Below are positions 44,218 through 55,185 of a stretch of 63,209 nucleotides of DNA, piece after piece (the stretch's first letter is position 1; each line of letters opens with the position of its first letter). A program made the position numbers and the translations under genes. The stretch is taken from IMG/VR virus record IMGVR_UViG_3300009181_000078, positions 1 to 63,209 of that record; one strand, written 5' to 3'. The stretch comes from a virus (lineage: Duplodnaviria; Caudoviricetes). The notes beneath the pieces were generated by a model, which saw nothing but the letters and a program-made list of their open reading frames with translations, was not told the origin of the DNA and searched no databases.

Positions 44218-46002
44218 CTACCTAACATTACCACCTACAAGTCCTCCGCCTGAGCCACCAACCGGTGCTCCATTAACTTTTATAAATTGCTCAAGGTCTG
44301 CTTTTGTAACCGCAGCTTCGTCTTTCTTCAAGTTTGCATTGTACTTAAACTTCTGACCATTTGGAGCAATGACCTCAACATCATTTCCATAAGGACTTCC
44401 TATATCAGTAACTTTAAAAGTTGGACCTAACATATTTTGTAATGATTGACTTGATGGTCCTGATTTTATACTAAACAGTTCAGGAAGTATATTTACTACA
44501 GGAGCAGCCGGTGCTTCTCCTTGTCTTACAGACTTAACAGATTTCCATTCTTCAGGTTTTAATGCACCATAAGTACCATTGCCACCACCTGCTTTAACAG
44601 CTTGTTGTCTATCTACAACACCGTGTAACTCAACTCCTTTACCTGCAAAGTCAAATAAACTAATAGGTTTGCCTGCTCCATCCAACATTGATATACTTCT
44701 ATTCTTTTTACCATCCGCATAAGAAAGTTTAACAATACCCGGAGTGCTTACATCAACACCAAGTAATCCTTGAGCCTGAGCACTTGGCGTACCTAATAAT
44801 ATATCTGCTGCCGCTTGTTTTTCAGCCGGTGTTTTACCTGTATATAATTGGTTCCAAGCACCTGCTGCTGCCATTTCATTTTTCTTATCCTGAGCACCCC
44901 TAACTTGCCATTCTTGTGGTTGAGGACCATAAGGAATAGTTCCTGTTTCTTTAATTGTTTTCTTAGAATCAATCTTAGCTAACAAAGTACTACGAACCCA
45001 ATCTCTTGCTTCTTTTTCTTGTGTTTTATAATTAGCCCCTGATTCATCTAATATAGGAAGACCCGTTGTTTTATTTATTTTTAATAATATTTTATTAGGG
45101 TCTTTATCATTCTTATCATATGTAAATGATGTAGCATCATACTTTCCTGTATTCATTGTTAATACAGAAGATACGTGATAAGGGTCTGCAAAATATCCAT
45201 CAATGGTTTGGTCTATTGCTTTATTAAATTGATTTATCTCATCTTTAAATGCAGGATTTTTAGATGCTTCTAATGCACCTATACCAACTAATTCAGTAAT
45301 AGTACCTGCCTTTGTTTTAGTTGCAATGTCATACAATGATTCAATCCTATCACCAAAATTTTTAACTGTATTATTCATAGCATCATCAACCTTGTAAGCA
45401 GGAATGTTTGCTAATATTTTCCCTTTAATAACATTAACAGGAGCCACATCATTAGTTAATTCCATAACACCTGTTGTAGCATTTGGTTTCATTATACCAA
45501 CATTAACAACTCCTGTTGCAGGGTCTATTATTGCTTTTGATTTTGAGAAATCAGCAAAGCCTTCAACTGAAGCCATATTAGCACTTGTCAATGGTTGAAA
45601 CTCTCCACTTTGAACACCTTCCATCTTTGACTTATAATTGTCTTGATACAATTTCTGTAAATCAAATAATGTACTTGTTCCATCTACATAGTTTTGTCTT
45701 CTATAAGTAAAGTCTTGCAATTTCATTTGACCTGACTTCAATAGTCTATTGTCAATCATTTGCTGCTCCATCATAGAGTGAGCATAGTCGTTGGTAAACT
45801 TATTGGCATCTTGGAATTGCCCTTGAGGAGCATTATCTAAAGTTTGTTGAAACTCTCGAGTTGCCTTATCAATTGCACTTTTCTTTTCTTCACGAATCTT
45901 TACCTCGTCTTTAAGCATATCAGATATGCCTTTACCGACTTCAGCCCAATTGACTTGGCTATTTGCGTTCCGTTCTGCGTAATTATAATATGTTCCCATC
46001 AA
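44218..46002 (-). CDS. Putative internal virion protein
   Basis: Position and composition. Confidence 0.55.
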   Translation of the reverse strand: MMGTYYNYAERNANSQVNWAEVGKGISDMLKDEVKIREEKKSAIDKATREFQQTLDNAPQGQFQDANKFTNDYAHSMMEQQMIDNRLLKSGQMKLQDFTYRRQNYVDGTSTLFDLQKLYQDNYKSKMEGVQSGEFQPLTSANMASVEGFADFSKSKAIIDPATGVVNVGIMKPNATTGVMELTNDVAPVNVIKGKILANIPAYKVDDAMNNTVKNFGDRIESLYDIATKTKAGTITELVGIGALEASKNPAFKDEINQFNKAIDQTIDGYFADPYHVSSVLTMNTGKYDATSFTYDKNDKDPNKILLKINKTTGLPILDESGANYKTQEKEARDWVRSTLLAKIDSKKTIKETGTIPYGPQPQEWQVRGAQDKKNEMAAAGAWNQLYTGKTPAEKQAAADILLGTPSAQAQGLLGVDVSTPGIVKLSYADGKKNRSISMLDGAGKPISLFDFAGKGVELHGVVDRQQAVKAGGGNGTYGALKPEEWKSVKSVRQGEAPAAPVVNILPELFSIKSGPSSQSLQNMLGPTFKVTDIGSPYGNDVEVIAPNGQKFKYNANLKKDEAAVTKADLEQFIKVNGAPVGGSGGGLVGGNVR

Positions 46003-46022
46003 CTAAATGTTTTAATTTTCTA

Positions 46023-46844
46023 CTAAAAAATACTTTTGTAAGTCGATGTTTTAAAAGGATTAAACCCATACATATCAAGACCTTGTTGTCTTAACATTCT
46101 AAGTGTATCAGGATTTTGCTTACCCATAAAATCTTGGTATTGCATTCTATTCATACTGCCAACCTTACTAAAGTCTGTTCCTCCAACTATTCCTAATCCT
46201 GCAATTTTTGCCTGAGTTTGTTCAGGAGTTAATCCATCTTGCCTTGTCGCCATACCTTCAATTCTATTAAATTGACGAGCACCTGCAGATTTTTCATACA
46301 ATGGAGCAAAACTTGCAAGTTGACTTGCCATACTTGTAACACCTTGAAATCCTTGTTGAGTAGCTTGAGCCCCTAATTCTGCTGCATTTGCCGCAGCCAA
46401 TTGAGCACCTGATACTTCTCCTAAATCTAATTGAACACCAATATCACGAAGACGACTTTGTTCATTTAATTGTTTATTTTCTAATGCAGTCATTTCCTGA
46501 CCCATTGCACTTCTAATTCCTGCTTGTCCTTCTTGTTGTGCTAATTGAACACGACCTGCTGTTGCTGCCGCTCCTCTTTCGCTTTCTACACCTGCTTGAA
46601 TAGCCTGAGCACCTTGAGAAAGTAATGCTTCTCTTTCTAATTCATAAGGTTCTTTTTTAATGCCTTGTTGAGCATAAAAATTTGTTTCTAATTTTTTTCT
46701 TGCCGCTTGCATAGCTTCGTCAGCATCACGCTCAGCTTGACGCTGTGCACTTTTTTGCTGACCTGCTTGGACAAAAGACATAGTAGTAGTGGCTGCGGTT
46801 GCTGCCAATCCTATTCCTGCTGCGATAGTTGTAAATGCTGCCAT
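46023..46844 (-). CDS. Putative internal virion/ejection protein
   Basis: Hydrophobic A/G-rich N-terminus followed by Q/A-rich coiled coil. Confidence 0.6.
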   Translation of the reverse strand: MAAFTTIAAGIGLAATAATTTMSFVQAGQQKSAQRQAERDADEAMQAARKKLETNFYAQQGIKKEPYELEREALLSQGAQAIQAGVESERGAAATAGRVQLAQQEGQAGIRSAMGQEMTALENKQLNEQSRLRDIGVQLDLGEVSGAQLAAANAAELGAQATQQGFQGVTSMASQLASFAPLYEKSAGARQFNRIEGMATRQDGLTPEQTQAKIAGLGIVGGTDFSKVGSMNRMQYQDFMGKQNPDTLRMLRQQGLDMYGFNPFKTSTYKSIF

Positions 46845-46845
46845 A

Positions 46846-47256
46846 TTATAATACTTTTATCATTTCACCTGTATAAGAATCACCTTTGATATAACCAAGT
46901 TGCTCATAAGTGTCCATAAGGTTTCCGTTTTTAATTAATGCGTAAACATATTTATTGCCTGCCGTTTTGCATATATCAGTCAATGCTGACACCAATAACT
47001 TAATGGCGTCTTTTCTTTGTGGTTTCTTAGTATATTCTTTGTTCGATATTATCCAATCTACCCACGCTACCTTGGAATTAGTCATATACATAAAGCCGGC
47101 ACATACAGGCATTTCCTCATCATAAATGATTATACCACCTCTACCATCACGAGGAAGAAAATCTTTTTGAGGAGGTTCCCATCCCCACTGCTTCCACCAT
47201 CCTACGAGTATCTCATCGTAATCGGTTTCGTTCAGTTCTCGTATATATAATTCCAT
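46846..47256 (-). CDS. GNAT-fold protein
   Basis: IRELNETD...AWVDWII...YEQLGY pattern; sits between tail and ejection genes; promoter TATCTTTG at 47264-47271. Confidence 0.6.
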   Translation of the reverse strand: MELYIRELNETDYDEILVGWWKQWGWEPPQKDFLPRDGRGGIIIYDEEMPVCAGFMYMTNSKVAWVDWIISNKEYTKKPQRKDAIKLLVSALTDICKTAGNKYVYALIKNGNLMDTYEQLGYIKGDSYTGEMIKVL

Positions 47257-47277
47257 ATTCTTACAAAGATATTAAAT

Positions 47278-48081
47278 TTAAGGAAAACTTTTCATAACCT
47301 CTGACTGTACCGCAAACAATTCTATTTTACTATTAGACGTGTTTTCTATACTAAAAGTACAATAATGTCCTAAAACTCCGTGAGACTCAGCAACTGAATT
47401 TTTAATATATAAGAAAAACGCATCTTGAATAGGAATAACAGTTGTTCCCGGTATGGTTGTATCTATAGTTAATTGGTTTGTCCCATTAGGTAAATCTACT
47501 GTAATGGCTGTCACTTTTCCACACAATATAGGAGTGGTATAAGGAGATACGGAAAAATATAAATAGTCTCCAATGCTAATAATGTTGCCTATAGCAACTC
47601 CAATAACAAATTTAATGATATTACCACCTGTTACTTGATAGCTTTTGCCTATACCATTGACACTTCTAAGAGCAAGCTGTCCCACTGAATTATTACGCAC
47701 AAAAGCAAAATAAGCTGCTTCTTTCTTCTCAAACCAAGCCTCTTGTATAAATCCTGAGTATTGCAGGTCGGTTTCTAATGCAACACCCCACTTAGCATCT
47801 CCTTGCAGGTTAATTGTCTTGAATAATTTATTCTCAAGAGGTGCTGTATTAAATACACTTTGTAAGGTAGTAGGAGTAAACGCTCCTCCCGGATTGCCTA
47901 TTTTGGTAAACCAAGGTTTATAAAACGTATTTCTTTCAGAGTTTACGTTATGTCGATACAGGTCGCCTCCTTTAAATGTATAGAAATAGTTATTCATTCC
48001 TAACATCCAATCAGGGTAAAAAGAGTAGAAGGATACCCATCCTCCGACCATATCACTATATGTTAATGTATTATTTGGCAT
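47278..48081 (-). CDS. Tail protein (nozzle-related)
   Basis: GWVSFYSFYPD..., KEAAYFAF, HGVLGHY, ELFAV motifs. Confidence 0.6.
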   Translation of the reverse strand: MPNNTLTYSDMVGGWVSFYSFYPDWMLGMNNYFYTFKGGDLYRHNVNSERNTFYKPWFTKIGNPGGAFTPTTLQSVFNTAPLENKLFKTINLQGDAKWGVALETDLQYSGFIQEAWFEKKEAAYFAFVRNNSVGQLALRSVNGIGKSYQVTGGNIIKFVIGVAIGNIISIGDYLYFSVSPYTTPILCGKVTAITVDLPNGTNQLTIDTTIPGTTVIPIQDAFFLYIKNSVAESHGVLGHYCTFSIENTSNSKIELFAVQSEVMKSFP

Positions 48082-48092
48082 AATTATTTATT

Positions 48093-49361
48093 TTACACAC
48101 ATCCGCTATCGCAATGTGAGAATGTATCTAAATGTAATGTTGTTCCTAAATCTCCACTAACTACGGTATATACTGAAGTAAATAATGAAGTAGAGACGTT
48201 AGCACAAGATGCATCAACTATTATTCCTGCACAATATGCATTAGCTTTAATATCTACTCCGGCACACGCACTTGCTGTAACTTCAACATTAATGGTATCT
48301 CCTAACGAAACTGCATATGTACCATTTGCGGTAGAACTTCTGCTTTCAACAATAGAACCATTAACATACAAATCCATTGAACCTACTGAACCACCTGTTT
48401 CGCTATAAGACCAAGCCAAAGAAGCCGTTGTTGGAGGTGTTGCACAAACTCCTAAAGCTACAACTACTCCTGCTGAACTTACTTGAAACCAATCATTGCT
48501 GCCTGTAATTGACCCCGTAGCTTTATAATACCCTGCACTTAATGGCGTTGAGCCATAAGCATCAGCATATACAAAGTCATATAACCCAACTGTTCCCGGA
48601 GTACTTGCTAATGATGCATTGTAATAAGTAACAGTTTCAAACAAAGCACACGCAGCAATTGAAGATACAGCATTAACACTTGAACTAAATCCTGTAAGCA
48701 TTACAGGACAATCAACAGATATTGCCCAAGCCGTTCCGGAACAAGGTCCAACCACCTCAAAATTAATAACAGACGGAGATGCTGTAAGTTTTGGGATAAC
48801 CATTAAACAATTCCCCGGAGCAGTTGCTCCTAAGGAAACATCTCCTGCAGATACAGTAATACTTTGGGTATCACCTGTTGCAACAAAAGATGTTCCATCA
48901 TAACTAAATTCTGTTAATGTCGGATAAGTTGTTCCTGATATTCCGCAATCAGCACTTATTTGACCAACGTAAGTAAAATGCCCTGAAGTACTACTTTGAT
49001 GTAAACCATCTACAGAAGAAGTCAATTTATTATAAGTAGTGCTTCCGAGTATGGCTCTAATGCCATCAGGGACGCTATATGGGTCAAATCTAACTATAAC
49101 TGCACCAACATCAGTCCCTGTCCCTAAATCAAGCAAATAAACGCCTTGTTCTCCACTTGCTGATATACTTGTTCCACAAGGAGTCGCACAAGATGGGCAA
49201 GTTTGTTGAGGCAAAAGATTACACTCTACCTGCTCTCTAACTATACTTCCATTAGAATAAAATCCATTAGGAGCACAAGTAGTTAATGCTTCATCTGTAA
49301 ATATAGCAGTTGCTGACCCAAGAGAAGGTGCATTTAGATAGTATGATGAACTTGTTGCCAT
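48093..49361 (-). CDS. Cys/Ser/Thr-rich virion structural protein
   Basis: Composition and position in the tail module. Confidence 0.6.
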   Translation of the reverse strand: MATSSSYYLNAPSLGSATAIFTDEALTTCAPNGFYSNGSIVREQVECNLLPQQTCPSCATPCGTSISASGEQGVYLLDLGTGTDVGAVIVRFDPYSVPDGIRAILGSTTYNKLTSSVDGLHQSSTSGHFTYVGQISADCGISGTTYPTLTEFSYDGTSFVATGDTQSITVSAGDVSLGATAPGNCLMVIPKLTASPSVINFEVVGPCSGTAWAISVDCPVMLTGFSSSVNAVSSIAACALFETVTYYNASLASTPGTVGLYDFVYADAYGSTPLSAGYYKATGSITGSNDWFQVSSAGVVVALGVCATPPTTASLAWSYSETGGSVGSMDLYVNGSIVESRSSTANGTYAVSLGDTINVEVTASACAGVDIKANAYCAGIIVDASCANVSTSLFTSVYTVVSGDLGTTLHLDTFSHCDSGCV

Positions 49362-49380
49362 TTGTTATATTTTAATTTAA

Positions 49381-52300
49381 TTATACGGGACAGGTTGGAG
49401 GTGCTACATTTTGTGCTCTTAAATTTACAAGAGCATATAATGGAGTTGGATTTACTAAATAATCTTCATATTCTTCCACAATAGTAATTGCTGCACTTGT
49501 ATATATTGTTCCACCATCTAATACATCACATAAGTTAAAATGTATAATATTTCCTGAACCTGACACCCACTCTCCACGAATGGTATAAGGTAACTCAGTT
49601 AATAATGGATATATTGTTCCTGATTGAACACTACCTGCAGTAGAAGTAATATTAAGTAATTGAGACCCAACGTTATTAAATACTGTTAATGCACCGCCTG
49701 ATTGGTTTCCTACGTTCCAATCTAATTGAACTGTTGTAGGTGCTGAGCAAGATGACTCACAAGCAGCCAAAGATGGATATGTTCCTGTTCCGTCACCCGG
49801 GTCTACGCAAGTCCCTGCAATACAATTGTAAGACTCAGGTATTGGTGTTCCACATCCACAACAAGCATCCGTTGCACTCACATCTGAATAGCATAAAGTA
49901 GATGCAATAGATGCTCTAAAATCCCAAATTAAATACAAATATGTATTTAATGCAGGTACAGTAAAATCTGCAAAATTATTTGTTCCACCACCTTGATTAG
50001 GAGTTGCTGTTGTAGCTAATCCTAATAATATATTTATATCAGTAGTATTATTGCCATATAAAGTTGCTGAAACAAGATATTTAAAATCATCAGTTGCAGG
50101 GTTAAATACAAATGTATCAGTAGCAAATTGATTTGAAATTAATGTCATTGTACTTCCCGCAGGAGGAAATGCTCCTGTTCCAACATAGTTTGTAGTTACG
50201 TTATATCTTGATACAAGTGGATTATCTATTCCTGCTAAGAATGTTACAAGGCTTGATTGTAATGGAGAAACAAATGCTCCATCTACATATCTATATTGAG
50301 TATGTATGGTATCTCCTGAATCATAATCATTTGTAAGTACTACTTGAACAATAGTTAATGTAGCAGCTTGACAACAATTAGCAAGTACATTTAATACCAT
50401 ATCACCTGTGTAGTTGATAGTGATTGTTACGGTTTCTACTGATATATTATTTTTATCAAAAGTTAATGTTCCATCAGTACTTACCCATCCTGTGGTATCA
50501 GTTGTACCATCATAATCAATTGCTATTTCAAATTGAGAACCTTCCGTAATTGTAGTTAGGTTATAATTAATATCAGTCAATCCAACTGTAGGACCTAAAT
50601 CAACACAATACACAATTGTTTTGGTTTCTTCTGCCAATGTACTTAAAGTAAATGCTTGAGAAATACCACATCCTAAACAAGTTGGATTATATGGAAGGTC
50701 TCTTGTATTGCTTGACAATACATACTCATTCATATACGGGTCAAATCCACCAAGTTTTTGAGTATTAAAAGTTTCATTAAAGTTATCTCTAAACCAAGTC
50801 CGCATATTCATTTCTGAAATAACTTTGAGTTCATCATTAGAATATGAGTTACCACGGAGTTGTATAACAACACCACGCTTTACATCTGTAAAGTATCTAT
50901 CGTATCCCCATTGAACATAACTCTCAGGATTAAAACTAATACCATATTTCTCAGTACGAGCAATTTGAGTACCTAATACCTCGGGTACTGATGTAACGGC
51001 TCCTCCTCCTGTTGAATCAGATAACAAGTTTTTGCCTGCTAATACATAAGAAATCTTATCTTCTTGTAATGCAAGAACATCAGTTTGCCTTCCGTCCATC
51101 ATAAAGATTTCTCCAAAAGAAGTCTCTAAGTGTTTATAGTTTAGTAAACCTAAATTAAATTCATTTAGTTTATTTACGTTTGACTCAGCATTATAAATAC
51201 CACTGTATGTAATATCTGATAATCTATCTGACTCTTTGTAGTCTTGAGCAGATACGCTTGTAACCCTATTTCCAAAATTAAATGACCCACCAATAATTGA
51301 ATCACGAATTTTATAACTCTCTGCTCCATTTCCAAAAGCAAAACAATTAAAAAATTTAGTATCAACAATTGCAGCTATTCCTAATGTAATATCTTGGTCT
51401 TGAAGATTACCCATATGATTTCCATCTATAATTGGGAATGACATTTCATTTTCAAAAAATACGTCAGGCAATGCATCACTTGGTTGTGTTTCAAATATGA
51501 TTGTTTTATCCGAGCGGAATACAGTAATATTAGTTTCTACATTAGATGCACGAGAATTTGGATAACCAATACCCGTACAAGGGAATGTTCCCGTTACCAT
51601 TAGTTGCAATTGATTGGTAGATGTATTTCTATAAAATTTATAATAATTAAAACATAAATCAGTTAATATATCTCCTGCAGTATTTGTAATACCGGCAATA
51701 AATTGATTATCAGGCACACATTGTCCTGCTCCTGCATATCTTGAACCATCATTTAAAAATTGCTCAACATCATCTCCTATCCACCAATCATACATATTAT
51801 CGTAATCATTGGAAGCAATAAGCGTTTTTTCTAACATACTTCTCCTTTCCTCACAACTATCTCCAACACCACCTCTTGTTTGCTTAAAACTTAATATAAT
51901 CCTACTACCTGCGGGAACGCTATAATCAACCCAAGCAGATGTAGCGGTGTCATAGCGGTTCATTGGATAGTATAAAATAGGAGCCGGACCTGAACCCCTT
52001 GGTGCTGTAACAGTAACTTTTCCCGGAGCAATAATAGCTAACTCATCCTGAATAATATTAAAACTATTTGGATTAATCTTCATATATACGCCTGCAGGAA
52101 TTGGTATCAATACCGTTGGGTCTAACTCGCTTTTAATCTCAATAAAATTTGATGCTTGAGATTGTTTCTCAAGAACAGTTGCATACACACAAGATGTGGT
52201 TGCTCCATTAGAATCAGCTTTAACAATCAATCTATCTCCCACCTCAATTTTGCGTGCATTCTCGCCTTCAAGCAAGAAGTAAGCATTGTTTGTTAATGGG

Positions 52301-54249
52301 TCCTGAAAAAATATACTTACATAAATTGTTTCGTAATTTTCTTCGTCAGGCTTAATAACAAACTTGTATCTTGTTGCCCAAGCCGGAGGATGTTGAGTTG
52401 GTGGTATTGTTACTTGAATAGAATTTTTAAATGCAGACAATCCACAAGGTACGTGTTCTGTATTATTAGGGCTAACAAGTGCAGTTGTTGCTCTATTAAA
52501 CTCATCCATATAAACTATACCAATCTCATAGTCACGATTACTATGTAAACTTTGAGGATTAGCTATTTCTTGAAACGTAGCCTCAGCTATTGTAACACTA
52601 TAATATTCATATACTGTTTGAGATGCACTATTAGCATATCTCATTGCCGGAAACTGCAATCCAATTACAGAACTTGCAGGACTTGTTATAATTGAAACCG
52701 GCTGACCTACTGCACTTATACCACTTCCGTTTTTAGTAAAAGCGTTTAAGTTATTAGGAATAGCACAGTTAAATGAATCGGTAAATGTTGTACCTGTACA
52801 AGCTGTTGATACCGGTTGTATATTAGCTGTGGTACCTACAGCATTTTGAAATTCAACACTTGTTGCCAATGCATATACAGATGTGTATGTGGTTGACAAA
52901 AAGAATGCAAAGTTTAATCTGACCTCATCTGTAATCTCTGTAGGATAAGGGGCTGTCCCTGTAAATTGAGCGTGAGCAATACCTATCTCTACATTAATTG
53001 CAGAACCTGCTACTAAATTTTGTCCTGCTAAATCAAAAGTAACAGTAGCATTGGCTATGTTAACACTGCCATTAATAGAATAATTTCCTGAAGCAAGACC
53101 ATCGTCAATATTGTTGCTTCCTATTGGAGCAGACACTAAATTTGTTGTGTACTCAAATTTTATAGGACTTCCTCCTTCATCAACTAAATTATATCCTTCT
53201 ACATAGTTACCATACATTAATCTATTACCCATAATAGTTTGAGCCTTAGCGTATCGAGGTACGTTGTCGTACAATCTTAATAACTCAGACTCAGATAATA
53301 TGGTGAATATTTTGCTATTAGTAAATGTATATTGGTACTCTGTATTATTTGCAAGACCTAAATTGTGTTTATTAAGTTTTTCAATAACCTTAATAACAAT
53401 CCCATCTGACCTTTTAAATAGCAAATCAATGCCAATAACAAGAGAACTTCCTGAATTATATGTGATTCTTGCAGAGTTGCAGAAATTGGTCATTCCTTCA
53501 TTAAGAAAACTCTCAACACTAAAGCTAAAAGGATTAGGTACAAACGCAGGTTGAGACCACTGCGATGTAGCACTATACTCCCCATCAATATATTGGTACC
53601 TATAAGCAAAACAAATAAATCGTGTACTTAAATAATTTTCTTGCCCATTAGTTACAATTGGCTCAACTGCCGGAGATTGAACCGGTGGTTTTTTAATCAC
53701 CAATAAAGACTCTGCTGTTATTTGGTCTATATTCCCAATAGGGTTGGCGTAATTCCTATTTATATTAATGAATCTTGGAGCATTATAATCATCTGTAAAA
53801 AACAATAAATCATTCAATATATCTACTCCTGTAATAAGGTAATTTTCGTTAAAATTTAACAAAGTATTAACGTCTCCTCCATCATTAATGCTAATAACGT
53901 GATAAGTTAATATGCTTGTAAATACATTAAAAGAAACAATTAAATCAAGTTTACCGGTGGCTCCTACGGAAAAATCGGAGTCGTGTATAAACCAATAAAT
54001 AGTTTCATTAGCACTATCTTCAATGGCACCAATACATCTTGCGTCAGCACTTAATGTCGTACCATCAATATACGTTAACGAAGTAAGGGGAAGATTCCCC
54101 TTTGTATTTTCAATTACTCCAACCTCAGAGTTCTCGGTTGAACCCATTCTAATATTCATAGCATCCACATACTCACCCTCAGGAAGCAATCGTTGGTCCA
54201 CGATTTTGTTCATCCTACCTGCTATAAAATTTCTTGTAAAATTTGCCAT
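49381..54249 (-). CDS. Tail nozzle / stabilization protein
   Basis: RMNK..D.RL.P.GEY.DA.N start, beta-propeller-like segments, NRLMYGNY, GG(F/Y)DP. Confidence 0.75.
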   Translation of the reverse strand: MANFTRNFIAGRMNKIVDQRLLPEGEYVDAMNIRMGSTENSEVGVIENTKGNLPLTSLTYIDGTTLSADARCIGAIEDSANETIYWFIHDSDFSVGATGKLDLIVSFNVFTSILTYHVISINDGGDVNTLLNFNENYLITGVDILNDLLFFTDDYNAPRFININRNYANPIGNIDQITAESLLVIKKPPVQSPAVEPIVTNGQENYLSTRFICFAYRYQYIDGEYSATSQWSQPAFVPNPFSFSVESFLNEGMTNFCNSARITYNSGSSLVIGIDLLFKRSDGIVIKVIEKLNKHNLGLANNTEYQYTFTNSKIFTILSESELLRLYDNVPRYAKAQTIMGNRLMYGNYVEGYNLVDEGGSPIKFEYTTNLVSAPIGSNNIDDGLASGNYSINGSVNIANATVTFDLAGQNLVAGSAINVEIGIAHAQFTGTAPYPTEITDEVRLNFAFFLSTTYTSVYALATSVEFQNAVGTTANIQPVSTACTGTTFTDSFNCAIPNNLNAFTKNGSGISAVGQPVSIITSPASSVIGLQFPAMRYANSASQTVYEYYSVTIAEATFQEIANPQSLHSNRDYEIGIVYMDEFNRATTALVSPNNTEHVPCGLSAFKNSIQVTIPPTQHPPAWATRYKFVIKPDEENYETIYVSIFFQDPLTNNAYFLLEGENARKIEVGDRLIVKADSNGATTSCVYATVLEKQSQASNFIEIKSELDPTVLIPIPAGVYMKINPNSFNIIQDELAIIAPGKVTVTAPRGSGPAPILYYPMNRYDTATSAWVDYSVPAGSRIILSFKQTRGGVGDSCEERRSMLEKTLIASNDYDNMYDWWIGDDVEQFLNDGSRYAGAGQCVPDNQFIAGITNTAGDILTDLCFNYYKFYRNTSTNQLQLMVTGTFPCTGIGYPNSRASNVETNITVFRSDKTIIFETQPSDALPDVFFENEMSFPIIDGNHMGNLQDQDITLGIAAIVDTKFFNCFAFGNGAESYKIRDSIIGGSFNFGNRVTSVSAQDYKESDRLSDITYSGIYNAESNVNKLNEFNLGLLNYKHLETSFGEIFMMDGRQTDVLALQEDKISYVLAGKNLLSDSTGGGAVTSVPEVLGTQIARTEKYGISFNPESYVQWGYDRYFTDVKRGVVIQLRGNSYSNDELKVISEMNMRTWFRDNFNETFNTQKLGGFDPYMNEYVLSSNTRDLPYNPTCLGCGISQAFTLSTLAEETKTIVYCVDLGPTVGLTDINYNLTTITEGSQFEIAIDYDGTTDTTGWVSTDGTLTFDKNNISVETVTITINYTGDMVLNVLANCCQAATLTIVQVVLTNDYDSGDTIHTQYRYVDGAFVSPLQSSLVTFLAGIDNPLVSRYNVTTNYVGTGAFPPAGSTMTLISNQFATDTFVFNPATDDFKYLVSATLYGNNTTDINILLGLATTATPNQGGGTNNFADFTVPALNTYLYLIWDFRASIASTLCYSDVSATDACCGCGTPIPESYNCIAGTCVDPGDGTGTYPSLAACESSCSAPTTVQLDWNVGNQSGGALTVFNNVGSQLLNITSTAGSVQSGTIYPLLTELPYTIRGEWVSGSGNIIHFNLCDVLDGGTIYTSAAITIVEEYEDYLVNPTPLYALVNLRAQNVAPPTCPV

Positions 54250-54250
54250 T

Positions 54251-55174
54251 TTATTTTATTTGCTTGTCCATACCTCTCATATTCATTAAGAGTCTGCCGG
54301 GATGAATGTTACTGATTCTTATTTTAGCATTGCTTAACAAAGCCTTTCTCTTTTTACGAGAGCGAGCAATGATGTATTCTTGGACACCAAGTTTAGAACT
54401 TAGTATCTCATATTCAATAGCTGCGTAAATATATGCTTCAAATAACTTGTTTACCGTAATCAAAGAATTGTCTCCTTGTTCCATACCATCAGATACGTAC
54501 TCAAGAATACAAGACAATCCTGACATAGGTGAATCAAAGTTAATAACTCCTGACTTTCTATCAATATTAAAAGTTGGATTAAAGTTTGCTGTCTCTGTAT
54601 TTAAACCATAAGCAGTTCCGATGTTCCCTTCAAAATACCACATCCCATCATAGTTCCATCCCAATTGACCATTGAACTGATTGCCTTGGTTTAAATAAAT
54701 GCTCTTCTTGATTTTGCTTAATCTGTCGTAGTCAATCTCAGAATACTGAGGACTCAATGCGTTTCCGTATTGGTCAAATAAAATACGACCTGTATTATCT
54801 TGAAGATATGCTTTAGATGAAAGCGTTTGAATATTTTCAGACAATGGTCTTAACCAACCGTCTTTATACAAAGAAACACGAACCCAATTGACATAGTCAG
54901 ATGGTAGAATGAATCTTAAATTGTCAGGGACTGTTAACTCTAATACCTTAATTTCTTTAAAAGCATCGTAGTTTAATTCCTGAATAGCACGCTTTGCGTG
55001 GAACAATACCTTATAACGCTCTTCGTTGTTTACTAATGAATGGTTTCCTGCATACATTAGCAAGAAATTATTTATAATATCTTGAAGACTTATAAACTGA
55101 TATGACCCCCAATTTTTATCTTCGGGTACCACACCACCATTTTCATAATATTCATACTGTGATATATATGCCAT
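54251..55174 (-). CDS. Tail ring/adaptor protein
   Basis: AKRAIQELNYD, LPSDYVNWVR, LEYVSDG; located between capsid and nozzle genes. Confidence 0.65.
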   Translation of the reverse strand: MAYISQYEYYENGGVVPEDKNWGSYQFISLQDIINNFLLMYAGNHSLVNNEERYKVLFHAKRAIQELNYDAFKEIKVLELTVPDNLRFILPSDYVNWVRVSLYKDGWLRPLSENIQTLSSKAYLQDNTGRILFDQYGNALSPQYSEIDYDRLSKIKKSIYLNQGNQFNGQLGWNYDGMWYFEGNIGTAYGLNTETANFNPTFNIDRKSGVINFDSPMSGLSCILEYVSDGMEQGDNSLITVNKLFEAYIYAAIEYEILSSKLGVQEYIIARSRKKRKALLSNAKIRISNIHPGRLLMNMRGMDKQIK

Positions 55175-55185
55175 ATACTAAAATT